From positions 3,180,935 through 3,244,934 of the forward strand of contig NZ_CP192010.1 of assembly GCF_050947935.1 (NCBI RefSeq): a stretch of 64,000 nt of DNA. Direction: 5' to 3'. Positions 20,922 through 30,966 of this stretch are shown in pieces. The notes beneath the pieces were generated by a model that did not search any database, was not told the DNA's origin, and worked only from the letters and a program-made list of their open reading frames with translations. Made by a program: the position numbers and the translations under genes. Each line of letters begins with the position of its first letter. Position 1 is the first letter of the stretch. Origin of the DNA: Dactylosporangium sp. CA-052675 (lineage in GTDB: Bacteria > Actinomycetota > Actinomycetes > Mycobacteriales > Micromonosporaceae).

Positions 20922-22580
20922 TCACGAGCCGTCGACCTCGAGCTCGTAGATCCGCGTCGCGCCGTCGACCTGGTTCGGGGTGGTGACGCTCAGGCGCACG
21001 AACCGTGCGGCGCGCGCGGCGATCGCGTGGGTCGTCACGCCGTCGGTGTTCGCGGTCACGGTCGCCGCGGTACTCCACGTCGTGCCGTCGGTGCTCGTCG
21101 CGATGGTGAAGGCGCGGGTGTTGTACCCGCCCTGCTCCCCGCCCGCCGAGGCGTGGCGCACCACGAAGCGCCGCACGGTCCGCGCCGAGCCGAGGTCGAG
21201 CTGCAGGCTCGCCCCCGCGACCCCGCTGCACCACTTGCTGTTGCCGGACACGACCCCGTCGACGGCCTTCGCGGCCGCCTCGGCCGCGACGCACGGGGCC
21301 GAGCCGGTCGCCGCGGCGCCGAGCGCGAGGTCGGCGCCCGGGAAGGCGCCCGCCTCGTCGGCGATCGCGATGTCGTCGACGTAGCCGCGGAACGGCCCGG
21401 TGCCGCCCGGCCGGTCGAACCCGACGTCGATGCGCGACACCGTGCGGCCCGCGAGCCCGCCGAGGCCGACGCGCACGAGGTTCCACTGGTTCACCACGAG
21501 CCGCCCGCCCTCGCCCTGCCACTGCGGGTGGGCGCGCACCCCGTACTGGTCCACCGCCCCCGAGTCGCGCAGCGCCGAGCCGTCGGTGAACTGCAGGTCG
21601 ACGGCGACGAACGTGCCGGTCGCCTGCTGCGGGTAGATCCAGTACGACAGCACGCTGCTCGCGCCCAGGGGCAGGTCGGCGGCGTAGACGCGCTGGTAGG
21701 AGTACGACTGCGTGGCCGAGTTGTCGGAGCCGGAGTACAGCAGCGCGCTCGTGCCGCTGTGCGCGACCTCGGCCCGCGGGGAGGACTCGGCGGCGGTGAG
21801 GGCACAGCAGTACCCGCCGACGCCGACCGCCGCCGCCGCGCTGTCCGCCCACGTGGGGGCCGCGTCGGACGGCTCGAACGCGGTGGTGAACAGCGGCCAG
21901 TCGCGCCCGTCGCCGAGCACCGGCTCCAGCGCGGTGTACCAGCGCACGGCCATCTTCGCGTAGCCGGTGTCGTTGGGGTGCAGGGTGTCGTTGAGGTCGC
22001 CCGCGCTGAGCCCGCTCAGGTCCACGATCCGCGTGCGGGCCTTGCCGGACAGCACCCCGGGGATCGCGGCGTTGAACGTGGTGATCCGCGACTGGACGGT
22101 GGCGTCGAGCGCGGGCACGATCTTCGCGACCAGCACCGTGGCGGAGGGGCGGTCGGCGAGGACCTGGTCCACCAGGGCGCCGAGGCGCTGCGGGGCGGTG
22201 GCGACCTGGTAGTTCTGGTTCATGTCGTTGGTGCCGATGTGCAGCAGCACGACGTCGGGCTGGTAGGTCGCGAGCCAGCCGTCGATGTTCGCGGCGATCT
22301 GGTCGATGCGCCAGCCCGAGTGGCCCTCGTTGTCGGGGTCGGGCACGGCGCCGGACTGCTGCGAGCCGACGAAGTCCACGCCGAACCCGGCCTGGGTCGT
22401 GAGGCGGTTCCACAGCGCGGCGCGGTAGCTCGAGGTGGTGGCGCTGCCGACGCCCCAGGTGATCGAGTCGCCGAGCGGCATGATCTTGATCGGCCGGCCG
22501 GTGACGGCGGCCGTGGCGGCGTGGGCGGGCAGGGCGACGGCGGCGGCGAGTAGGAGGAGGGCGACGAGTAGGCGGCGCAT
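20922..22580 (-). CDS. secreted SGNH/GDSL hydrolase (carbohydrate esterase) with a C-terminal F5/8 type C (discoidin/CBM32-like) domain
   Basis: ATG at 22580 with GGAGG. There is a signal peptide. Block I is GDSITWG, with further blocks at GHSGW and PNDTGY. The C-terminal ~150 aa form a beta-sandwich. Confidence 0.7.
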   Translation of the reverse strand: MRRLLVALLLLAAAVALPAHAATAAVTGRPIKIMPLGDSITWGVGSATTSSYRAALWNRLTTQAGFGVDFVGSQQSGAVPDPDNEGHSGWRIDQIAANIDGWLATYQPDVVLLHIGTNDMNQNYQVATAPQRLGALVDQVLADRPSATVLVAKIVPALDATVQSRITTFNAAIPGVLSGKARTRIVDLSGLSAGDLNDTLHPNDTGYAKMAVRWYTALEPVLGDGRDWPLFTTAFEPSDAAPTWADSAAAAVGVGGYCCALTAAESSPRAEVAHSGTSALLYSGSDNSATQSYSYQRVYAADLPLGASSVLSYWIYPQQATGTFVAVDLQFTDGSALRDSGAVDQYGVRAHPQWQGEGGRLVVNQWNLVRVGLGGLAGRTVSRIDVGFDRPGGTGPFRGYVDDIAIADEAGAFPGADLALGAAATGSAPCVAAEAAAKAVDGVVSGNSKWCSGVAGASLQLDLGSARTVRRFVVRHASAGGEQGGYNTRAFTIATSTDGTTWSTAATVTANTDGVTTHAIAARAARFVRLSVTTPNQVDGATRIYELEVDGS

Positions 22581-22630
22581 CGGGAACCTCCAGGAGGGCA
22601 TGGTATCGACAAGCGTCGCTGCCGATCCGG

Positions 22631-22649
22631 GCTTTGTCAACCATTGACA
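22631..22649. promoter_or_regulatory. inverted repeat TTTGTCAA-CCA-TTGACAAA upstream of the SGNH esterase
   Basis: Perfect 8-bp arms, located 51-69 bp upstream of the start. Confidence 0.35.
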
Positions 22650-22840
22650 AAACCCGCTCCGTTCACGCCGGGTTCATGCGGCCGCGAGCTGATGTTCATC
22701 GATGTGATCGTGACGTGCGCCGCATTGTCGAGCCGCGGGTGGTCGGGGTCGCGGGCGGTTGTGCGGCACGTGCTAACGTCCGGCGACAGGTACCCCGACT
22801 CGACGCGGCACGCCGCCCTGACCTGCTGTGATGGGCCTAG

Positions 22841-23596
22841 ATGACGACCGTTCAACCACTGTTGGTGGTCAGCGTCCACGACGTGGCGCCCGCGACCGCC
22901 GACGAGACCGCGCGCTGGTGCGCCGACGCCGACGCGCTCGGCATCCCGGTCTCGCTGCTGGTGATCCCCGGGCCGTGGCGCGGGATGGCGCTGGCCGAGC
23001 ACGGCGACTACGCGGAGGTGCTGCGCGACCGCGCCGCCCGCGGCGACGAGCTCGTGCTGCACGGCTGGTGCCACCGGGCCGGGCCGGAGGGGCGCCCCGT
23101 GCGCCGCGCCGTCGGCCGGGCCGTGGCCCGTGGCGCCGCCGAGTTCGCCGCGCTCGACGAGCGGCAGGCCGCCCGCCGCCTCGGCGACGCCAAGGAGGTG
23201 CTCGACCGCCTCGGGCTGCGCACCGCCGGCTTCACCCCGCCGGGCTGGCTCGCCTCGCCGGCCGCCGAGCGGGCGCTGGCGGGGGCCGGCTTCCGGTACA
23301 CCACCGACCACTTCGGCGTGAAGGACCTCCGCGGCGCCGGCCCCACCCGGGCCCGGCGCGGGTTCGCGCTCTCGCATCGCCCCGGGGGCACCGGGGAACG
23401 GCTCGGCTCGGCCGTCCTGCGCGGCGGCGCGGCCTGGGCCACCCGCCGCCGCGGCCTGGTGCGCGTCGCGCTGCACCCCGACGACCTGCACCGGCCGCGC
23501 CTGCGCGACGACACGCTGCGGGCGATCGAGGGCGCGCTGAAGGCCGGCGCCCGCGCCACCACCTACGGCGCCGTCCTCGACGCGGCGGCGTCGTGA
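22841..23596 (+). CDS. DUF2334 polysaccharide-deacetylase-like protein
   Basis: The pattern LVVSVHDVAP...LLVIPGPW matches DUF2334. Confidence 0.55.
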   Translation: MTTVQPLLVVSVHDVAPATADETARWCADADALGIPVSLLVIPGPWRGMALAEHGDYAEVLRDRAARGDELVLHGWCHRAGPEGRPVRRAVGRAVARGAAEFAALDERQAARRLGDAKEVLDRLGLRTAGFTPPGWLASPAAERALAGAGFRYTTDHFGVKDLRGAGPTRARRGFALSHRPGGTGERLGSAVLRGGAAWATRRRGLVRVALHPDDLHRPRLRDDTLRAIEGALKAGARATTYGAVLDAAAS

Positions 23597-24696
23597 GGAT
23601 CGTCCAGCTCGCGAACTTCTACACGCCGGTCTCCGGGGGCTTGCGCACCTGCGTGGAGCAGACCGGGCGCGGCTACATCGCGGCCGGTCACGAGCGCGTC
23701 ACGCTGGTGCCCGGCACCGAGGACCGCGACATCACCCTGCCCGACGGCCGCCACCTCACCGTGCGCAGCCCGCTGCTGCCCGGCACGGGCGGCTATCGCG
23801 TGCTCACCGCCCGCCGCCGCGTGTGCGCGCTGCTGGACCGGGTCGAGCCCGACGTGCTGGAGGCCAACGACAAGCTCAGCATCTCCTGGCTCGCCCCGTG
23901 GGCACATTCCCGGGGTGTACCGCTGGTGCTGGTCTCGCACGAGCGCATCAACGCCATCCTGCGCACCCGGGTGCCGCGCTGGTTCCCGCTGGACTCCGCC
24001 GCCACCGCGGCCAACCGCCGCCTGCACCGGCTCGTCGACCACATCGTGCTCACGTCGGCCTTCTCCGCCGCCGAGTTCGAGGTCTTCGGCCGGGAGAAGA
24101 TCCACCGCGTCCCGCTCGGGGTGGACCTCGACACCTTCCGGCCGGTCGAGCGCGAGCCCGGCGTGCGCCTCGTGACCGTCAGCCGCCTGTCCACGGAGAA
24201 GCACCCGGAGCTGTCCATCGAGGCCCTGCGCGAGCTGCGCCGCCGCGGCGTGCCCGCCACCCTCGACGTGATCGGCACCGGCCCGCTGCAGCGCCGCCTG
24301 ACCCGTCTCGCCGAGGGGCTGCCGGTGCGCTTCCTCGGTCACGTGGCCGAGCGGGGCCGCCTCGCCGAGCTCGTGGCCGGCGCGGACATCTCGCTGTCGC
24401 CGTCCCCGGCCGAGACCTTCGGCCTGGCCACGCTGGAGTCCCTCGCGTGCGGCGTGCCGGTCGTGGTGCCGTCGAAGGGGGCCGCGGGTGAGCTGATCCT
24501 GCGGCCGGAGTCGGGCCGGGTCACCGACGGCACCGCGCACGCGCTGGCCGACGGCGTCGAGTCGCTGCTCAGCGCGGCGCCGCAGCGCCGTCGCTCGGAC
24601 GCGCGAGCGGTGGCGGAGCAGTTCCCGTGGTCGGCGACGGTCGGTGGTCTGCTGGAGGTGTTCGCCCGGGCGACCGGGCGCCAGCGCGTCCCGTAG
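23593..24696 (+). CDS. GT4-family glycosyltransferase
   Basis: GTG at 23593 overlaps the upstream stop (GTGA). A GT-B C-terminal motif, ETFGLATLESLACGVPVV, is present. Confidence 0.75.
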   Translation: MRIVQLANFYTPVSGGLRTCVEQTGRGYIAAGHERVTLVPGTEDRDITLPDGRHLTVRSPLLPGTGGYRVLTARRRVCALLDRVEPDVLEANDKLSISWLAPWAHSRGVPLVLVSHERINAILRTRVPRWFPLDSAATAANRRLHRLVDHIVLTSAFSAAEFEVFGREKIHRVPLGVDLDTFRPVEREPGVRLVTVSRLSTEKHPELSIEALRELRRRGVPATLDVIGTGPLQRRLTRLAEGLPVRFLGHVAERGRLAELVAGADISLSPSPAETFGLATLESLACGVPVVVPSKGAAGELILRPESGRVTDGTAHALADGVESLLSAAPQRRRSDARAVAEQFPWSATVGGLLEVFARATGRQRVP

Positions 24697-25525
24697 CGAG
24701 CAGCGCCACGCCGGCGACGAGCAGCGCCGCGACGACGACCTGGCTCCAGGGCCACCACAGGGCGCCGCGCCAGCCCGCGTGGAAGACGGTCGCGTCGAAC
24801 AGGGCGCTGGCGAGCGGGTCGGCGATGCTGATCGCGGTCAGCGCGGTCGGCAGCGAGCCCGCGGCGAACGCGTCCTGGATGAGCAGGGCGCTCGCCGTGG
24901 TCGAGGCGGCCAGGGCCAGGACCGACCAGTCGTGGGCCAGGCCCCGGACGCCGTCGCGGGCCAGCGTGTCGGTGACGAGCACGACGAACACGGCGGTCAG
25001 GCACGTGCACACGCCGGCCGCGACCCCGGCGAGCGCGCCGCGCAGGCGCGCCTCGGTGCGGGCCGGGAGCAGGTGCGCGACGGCGATGAACGCGACCGTC
25101 ACGGCCGCGGCGAGCCCCACCGCCGGGGGCACGTCGGTTCGCACGAGATCGTGCGGCACCGACGGGCGGGCCACGACCAGCAGCGCCAACCCGGCACACA
25201 CGGCGACGGTGCCGAGCCAGGCCGTGGCCCGTGGCCGCCGGACGGTCAGCAGCGCGAACAGCAGCTGCGACACCAGCAACGCCTGCACGATCGTGAGCGA
25301 TCCCAGGTGCAGCGCGAGCGCGTGGGCGGCGAAGGCGAACAGGTTGAGCACCCAGCCCGCCAGCCACCAGCGATCCCGTACGAGCGTGCGGATGAGCAGG
25401 AACACCCGCACGGGCAGCGCCCGGTCGTGCACATCCGGCGCGGCCCGGCGGGCCGCGCGCTGCTGCATGGCCGCCGAGAAGGCGAACATGGCGGCGGCCA
25501 GAACCGACAGCACGACAGCGAACAT
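24569..25525 (-). CDS. integral membrane protein of unknown function (about 8 TM)
   Basis: Long hydrophobic ORF. The start is ATG 25525 or ATG 25573. The 3' end overlaps GT4 by 128 bp and encodes a disordered Pro-rich tail. Confidence 0.4.
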   Translation of the reverse strand: MFAVVLSVLAAAMFAFSAAMQQRAARRAAPDVHDRALPVRVFLLIRTLVRDRWWLAGWVLNLFAFAAHALALHLGSLTIVQALLVSQLLFALLTVRRPRATAWLGTVAVCAGLALLVVARPSVPHDLVRTDVPPAVGLAAAVTVAFIAVAHLLPARTEARLRGALAGVAAGVCTCLTAVFVVLVTDTLARDGVRGLAHDWSVLALAASTTASALLIQDAFAAGSLPTALTAISIADPLASALFDATVFHAGWRGALWWPWSQVVVAALLVAGVALLATGRAGARSPGRTPPADHRPSPTTGTAPPPLARPSDGAAAPR

Positions 25526-25621
25526 GATCAGGGGTTGTACCGCAACCGCACGACCACCCGGCGACCGGCACATGGCCGCGCGGTGTTCACAGGAGTTGGG
25601 TTCAAGTTCTAGACTCAGCTC

Positions 25622-26119
25622 ATGCTCATCCGGCCATGGCAGACGGGCGACGAGCACCTCGTGGCGGCCGCCGAGCGGCACCTGTCCGCGCGCAGCATCG
25701 ACCGGCGCTTCTGCGTCGGCAGTGGCGGGCGGCTGCCCACGTTCTACCTGCGTCATCTGGAGGGCGGCCCGCGGCCGGAGTGGGACGCGCAGGTCGCGGT
25801 GGACGACGGCGGGCGGCTGTGCGGGTGGGCCGAGTACGGCCGCCGCCCCGCCTGTTCGCCCGCCGCCGACCTGGCCGTGCTGGTCGCCGACCCGTGGCAG
25901 CGCACCGGCCTGGCCACCGCGCTCGTGCGCGCCCTGGTGCCGCGCATGGCCGCGGCCGGCGTGCGCACCGTCCAGGCCGACGTGACCGGCGCCAACGCGG
26001 CCAGCAAGGGCCTGATCCGCGCCCTTGCCGGCCCCGGCCTGCGCCCGACCTACCAGGACGGGATGGTCCACTACGCCTTCGATCTGGCGGTCGTACCGTT
26101 CGCGCCGCTGACCGTCTGA
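25622..26119 (+). CDS. GNAT-family N-acetyltransferase
   Basis: The acetyl-CoA motif is WQRTGLATALVRAL. Confidence 0.6.
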   Translation: MLIRPWQTGDEHLVAAAERHLSARSIDRRFCVGSGGRLPTFYLRHLEGGPRPEWDAQVAVDDGGRLCGWAEYGRRPACSPAADLAVLVADPWQRTGLATALVRALVPRMAAAGVRTVQADVTGANAASKGLIRALAGPGLRPTYQDGMVHYAFDLAVVPFAPLTV

Positions 26120-29100
26120 CCCGCCGCCGCCGCCCGCTCGATCGCCGCCCCGACATCGCCGACCCGGTCCGCGAGCAGCCCGACCGCGCCGACGGCCCGG
26201 CTCATCGGGTCGTCCTCGGCCCCGCCGAGCGCCTGCGCCCGGCGATGGGCCGCCTTGACCTCCGCCCACCGCGCCGCCTGCTCGGGGGTGAGGCGGCCGC
26301 GCAGCTCGGCCAGCTTGAGCAGGTTCGCCTCGGCGCCGGTGGTGAGCGTCTGGGCCTCGCCGGCGTAGTGGTCGTCGATGACCGCCTCCAGCTCGGCGTC
26401 GTTCATGACCGGCACGACCCGCTCGGCGAGCTTGTTCATGTTGCGGTACGAGCCTTGCAGCAGGAACGGCGGCTCGGTGCGCGACGCGTCGGCCTGGGCC
26501 GCGGAGGCGATGTACGCGCGGTTGGCCGCCAGCACCACCTCCTGCACCCGCAGCAGCTTGCGCAGCACGGCGAGCATCCGGTCCACCTCGACCGCCGAGT
26601 ACGGGTGGGCGAGCTGGTCCGGCCGCACGGTGCCGTCGCCGCGGGCCAGCCGCACCAGCAGCTCGACGTCGCCGCGGTCCCGCGCCGACAGCGGGGCGAG
26701 GACGGTGTTGGAGGTCAGGGCGTTCTCGATGTAGCTCAGCGCGAACACCTCGTCCCGGCCGGTCAGCACGTCGCCGAGGTTCCACACGTCGGCGCGGTTG
26801 GCCAGCATGTCGGGGATCCGGAAGCGCTGCCCCGACTCGGTGTACGGGTTGCCGGCCATGCACACGGCGAACCGCTTGCCCCGCAGGTCGTACGTGCGCG
26901 TCCGGCCGTTCCAGACGCCCTCCATGCGCCGCTGGGCGTCGCACAGGGAGATGAACTTCTGCAGCAGCTCCGGCGAGGTGTGCTGGATGTCGTCGAGGTA
27001 CAGCAGGACGTTGTTGCCCATCTCCAGCGCGAAGTTGACCTTCTCGATCTCCAGCCGGGCGGTCGCGTTCGGCGCCTGCGCCGGGTCCAGCGACGTCACG
27101 TGGTGCCCGAGCGCCGGCCCGTTCACCTTGACGAACGCGAGCCCGAGGCGGCTGGCCACGTACTCCATCAGCGTCGTCTTGCCGTAGCCGGGCGGCGAGA
27201 TGAGCAGCAGCAGACCCATCTGGTCGGCCCGCTTCGCCTCGCCCGCCGCGCCCAGCTGCCGCGCCAGGTTGTCGCCGATCAGCGGCAGGTACACCTCGTC
27301 GAGCAGCCGGTTGCGCACGAACGCGCTCATCACCTTCGGCCGGCAGTCCTCCAGCCGCAGCCGCTCCCGCTCGCGCGCGGCCAGCTCGTTGCGGCGGCGC
27401 TGGTAGGCCCGGAAGGCCGGCACGCGTTCGAGCCGGAACCGCCGGGTGCGGGCGAGCACCTCGTCCAGCCGCAGCCGCATGCGGCGGCCCTCGATGCGTG
27501 GATGGGTGCCGAGCAGCCCCTCCACGGTCGCGGTGAGCTCGGCCGCCGACTCGCGCCGCGGCAGCCCGGAACCGCAGAGCACGACGGCGGCGGCCTCCTG
27601 GAGGTCCGGGCTGTCCGCAGCGAACGAGGTGAGCCACGCCGACACGAGCTGGCGGCGGGCGGCCAGATCGCCCTCGAGGGCCCGCAGGTCCGCCGCGAGC
27701 TCGTCGGACGGCACGGCCCGCCGGAAGCGGTCCAGCAACGCCCGCGCGCCCGCGCCGGTGACGAACCCGAAATCCGGCAGGGCCAACTCCTCGAACAGGT
27801 ATGCGGCGGCCGACGAGGACGAGCCCATGGCCGACTGCAGCTCCGCGCACAGCTCGCCGATCGCGTCCGAGGGCCCGAACGCCGCCCGGGCCCGGGCCAG
27901 CGACCGCGCCCGCCGGGTCCAGGCCGCTTTCGCCTCGTCGCCGGCCCCGAAAGCCCAGAACAGCTGCGCCTCGGCGCGATCCGCCCCCGGATGGCGCAGG
28001 AGCCCGGCACCGGCGTCCAGCCGCCGCAGGACCTCGAGGATCAGCGCCGCGTCGTGGTCGTGCACACCGCGCTCGTAGCCCTCGTCGTAGCGCTCGTCAG
28101 CCAGGCGCCGCACGGCCTGCAGGGATCCGCCTTCGGGCGCGACCTCCAGGGCCAGGGCGGCCAGGTGCTCGGCGCGGTACACCTCGGGCGACTCGGAGGC
28201 GACGAGCTGCCCCCAGAACGGGCGCGCCGCGGCGATCTGCGGGTCGTCCACCGGTGCGCGGTAGTCGGTCGCGGTCACGGTGAACGCCAGCCCGTCGCCG
28301 TGCGGCACGAGCGTGAGGTCGATCGGCTGGGTGTTGACGGCGAACCGGTGGCGGCCGAGGCGGATGAGGTCGGCCGAGCCGTCGAAGAGGTCGGTCCGGT
28401 CCCGCAGCAGCCGGCCGGCCTCCAGCCGGGCCCGCTGGACCCGCCCGTCCAGCTCCTCGGCGCGGACCTGGTCGCCCAACTCGCGCAGCTCGCCGGCCAG
28501 GCGGCGGACCCGCGCGACCATCGGGTCGGTCGTGAAGTACGTGTTGACCTCGTCGGCCGACGTCATGGCGGCGACCCGGCGCCCGACGCCGGCGAGGATC
28601 CGCTCGGCGGACTCGGCGAGCCGGTCGGCGCGGCGGGCCCGCTCGTCCAGCAGCGCCTGCCGGCGGGCCGAGAATGCCTCGTAGACGTCGGTGCGCCGGT
28701 CCGCGAGCCGGGCCAGGAAGTCCTCGGACTCGCCGAAGCGGGACTCCAGGTTCTCCAGCTGCAGCATGAGCCGGCCGAGCTGCTCGTCGCAGCGCTCGGG
28801 GGTGCCGGCGGCCGCGAGCGCGCCGGTGACCGCCTGCCCGAGCAGCGCGAACTCGGCCGCGAACTCGGCCCGCCCCTCGACGGCGAGCAGCTCGCGGCGG
28901 CGGGCGTCGAGGGTGGCCCGGGCCCGGTTGACGCCGCCGAGCACCTCGCCGATGCGGGCCAGGATGCCGACCCGGACGGTGGCGTCGGCGATCTCGAGGG
29001 AGCCGACCACCTCCGTGACGATCTGCAGCGCCTCCGCCTGCGCGGCCAGCCGCTCGCCGACCGGTCCCGCGTCGGCCACGGTCCGGATCGCCTCGGCGTC

Positions 29101-30966
29101 GGCGACCAGGCGCTCGACGTCGGTGTGGTAGGCGGCGAAGGCGTCCTCGTGCCGCAGGAACCGCACCGCCCGCTGGGCCGCCGCCGTGAGCTCCGCGCCG
29201 AGCCGGGCCCGCAGCGCGGCGACCCGCTCGGTGTCGACGTAGCGCAGCTCGGCCAGCGGCACCAGCGAGCCCTGGGCGCGGCGCAGGTCGGCCAGGCGCC
29301 GTACCCAGGCGTCGGTGTCGGCGGGCGTCTCGCCCTGGGAGCGGCGGATCAGCGACTCGATCCGCTCGCCCTGCGCGCCGAGGGCGGCGGCCGCCTCCTC
29401 GGTGAGCGCCTGCACCCGCTCGAACTCGCCGAGCACCTGCTCGGCGGTGTCGCGCAGCTCGGTGAGCGGGTGGCGCAGGTCGCCGAGGTCGGCCTCGCCG
29501 AGCCAGTGGTAGTGGTCGAAGGCGCGCCGGCACGCGGCGACGATCGCCTCGAAGACCGCCGCGGACGGGGCCATCTCGGCGACCATCCGGGCCACCGACA
29601 GGGCGTCGGAGATGCCGCGGACGAGGTCGGCGTTGCCCACCCGGTCCAGCGGCCCGGTCCCGAGCGGCTGGGCGGCGGCGTACGTGTCCGACTGGTACGG
29701 CGTCTGCCAGACCTGCATGGTGTGGACCCGGGCCGGCTCCTCGGACCCGGCCCGGAAGACCACGAGGGTTCCGTCGTCGAACAGCGAGTAGCCGTGGCAC
29801 ACGATCGGGTTCTCGACCGCCTTGCGGATGACGTTGTACGGCAGCAGCAGCGACCGGCCGTCGGCCCGCGCGTGGAAGACGTAGAGCACGTCCTCGCCGT
29901 TGACGGACCGGATCACGCGCTCGAACTCGAGCTCGGCCACGTCGGTGTCGAAGGTGCGGGCGACGCCGGTGGCCAGGTAGTACCCGCCGGGGAAGATCAG
30001 GCCCTGGTCCTCCGGCAGGCGCTGGCAGCCCTGGCCGATCCCGTCGAGCCGCACGACCGCCCGGGTCCTCGTGTTGAAGACCAGAAAGCGATAGGCGTCC
30101 TCCTTGTACGGCCTGATGCGCAGCAGCACCAGGGCGCCGACGCGCGCGTAGCTCACGTCGGCGTCGGCGAGGCTCTGCAGCGGCTCGTCGACCGGCTCCC
30201 GGTAGATGCCCTCGCCGGTCTCGGTGTTGTTCTCCACCTTGACGGTCAGGTCGCCGCCGACGGTCTCGACGAACACCACGTCCTCGATGGAGATGTGAGG
30301 GTGCCGGCCCAGGACGTGCCGCTCGCGGCCGACCGGCGTCCACTCGAAGTCGTGCGACGGCGGGAACACGTGGTCGCGCTCGCCCCGGTTGTCCACATAG
30401 GACACCGTGCCGTCCGCGCCGACGGTCCAGCGCAGCACCTTGATGTCGTCGGTGCGCGGCCCGGTCTGGAAGACGGCGAGGAGCTTGCCGTCGAGGCGGC
30501 GCAGCTGCAGCAGCCGGGTGTCGCGGTAGTACTTGTAGACCTCGCCGAAGTCGCGCAGCAGCCGCGGGTCGCGCAGCAGCGCGGCGTCGTCGTCGCCGGA
30601 CGGCCGGTCGAACCGGAACGCGTCGCCGTCGCGGGCGAAGCGGTGGACCGAGAACACGTCGTCGACCGTCGTCTCCGGCTTGAGGCCGATGAAGACGTTG
30701 TAGCCGAACAGCATCAGGCCGCCGACGGACACGATGTCGCGCGGGACGCAGTTGTGCTCGGTGCGGATGCGCTCGGTGCCCAGCAGCCGCAGCTGGGCGC
30801 CCCCGAACACCTCGGTCCGCCGCGCGTTGAGGGCCTCGGCCCGGCGCGTCAGCTCGGCCGCCTGGGCGGCGAGCCGGTCGCGCAGCACCTCGTAGGTGCC
30901 GGCGTCCAGGCCCGCCGCCGGGCCCGCCTCGGTCGTGTCGCTCACCGCCGCGGTCGCTTCCGTCAC
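26071..30966 (-). CDS. 1,631-aa protein with a C-terminal AAA+ (AAA_5/MoxR/dynein-like) ATPase module; function unknown
   Basis: The 4.9-kb ORF is uninterrupted. The GTG start at 30966 overlaps the flotillin stop. Walker A is ISPPGYGKTT, Walker B is VLLYLDD, and sensor-1 is AVCMAGNPY. Confidence 0.6.
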   Translation of the reverse strand: MTEATAAVSDTTEAGPAAGLDAGTYEVLRDRLAAQAAELTRRAEALNARRTEVFGGAQLRLLGTERIRTEHNCVPRDIVSVGGLMLFGYNVFIGLKPETTVDDVFSVHRFARDGDAFRFDRPSGDDDAALLRDPRLLRDFGEVYKYYRDTRLLQLRRLDGKLLAVFQTGPRTDDIKVLRWTVGADGTVSYVDNRGERDHVFPPSHDFEWTPVGRERHVLGRHPHISIEDVVFVETVGGDLTVKVENNTETGEGIYREPVDEPLQSLADADVSYARVGALVLLRIRPYKEDAYRFLVFNTRTRAVVRLDGIGQGCQRLPEDQGLIFPGGYYLATGVARTFDTDVAELEFERVIRSVNGEDVLYVFHARADGRSLLLPYNVIRKAVENPIVCHGYSLFDDGTLVVFRAGSEEPARVHTMQVWQTPYQSDTYAAAQPLGTGPLDRVGNADLVRGISDALSVARMVAEMAPSAAVFEAIVAACRRAFDHYHWLGEADLGDLRHPLTELRDTAEQVLGEFERVQALTEEAAAALGAQGERIESLIRRSQGETPADTDAWVRRLADLRRAQGSLVPLAELRYVDTERVAALRARLGAELTAAAQRAVRFLRHEDAFAAYHTDVERLVADAEAIRTVADAGPVGERLAAQAEALQIVTEVVGSLEIADATVRVGILARIGEVLGGVNRARATLDARRRELLAVEGRAEFAAEFALLGQAVTGALAAAGTPERCDEQLGRLMLQLENLESRFGESEDFLARLADRRTDVYEAFSARRQALLDERARRADRLAESAERILAGVGRRVAAMTSADEVNTYFTTDPMVARVRRLAGELRELGDQVRAEELDGRVQRARLEAGRLLRDRTDLFDGSADLIRLGRHRFAVNTQPIDLTLVPHGDGLAFTVTATDYRAPVDDPQIAAARPFWGQLVASESPEVYRAEHLAALALEVAPEGGSLQAVRRLADERYDEGYERGVHDHDAALILEVLRRLDAGAGLLRHPGADRAEAQLFWAFGAGDEAKAAWTRRARSLARARAAFGPSDAIGELCAELQSAMGSSSSAAAYLFEELALPDFGFVTGAGARALLDRFRRAVPSDELAADLRALEGDLAARRQLVSAWLTSFAADSPDLQEAAAVVLCGSGLPRRESAAELTATVEGLLGTHPRIEGRRMRLRLDEVLARTRRFRLERVPAFRAYQRRRNELAARERERLRLEDCRPKVMSAFVRNRLLDEVYLPLIGDNLARQLGAAGEAKRADQMGLLLLISPPGYGKTTLMEYVASRLGLAFVKVNGPALGHHVTSLDPAQAPNATARLEIEKVNFALEMGNNVLLYLDDIQHTSPELLQKFISLCDAQRRMEGVWNGRTRTYDLRGKRFAVCMAGNPYTESGQRFRIPDMLANRADVWNLGDVLTGRDEVFALSYIENALTSNTVLAPLSARDRGDVELLVRLARGDGTVRPDQLAHPYSAVEVDRMLAVLRKLLRVQEVVLAANRAYIASAAQADASRTEPPFLLQGSYRNMNKLAERVVPVMNDAELEAVIDDHYAGEAQTLTTGAEANLLKLAELRGRLTPEQAARWAEVKAAHRRAQALGGAEDDPMSRAVGAVGLLADRVGDVGAAIERAAAAGQTVSGANGTTARSKA

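Noticed and set aside
26071-30966. Giant protein as a bacterial dynamin-like GTPase, suggested by the flotillin context
   Set aside because: The P-loop is GYGKTT with an hhhhDD Walker B and sensor-1 Asn, which is the AAA+ pattern. No G2-G4 GTPase motifs are seen.
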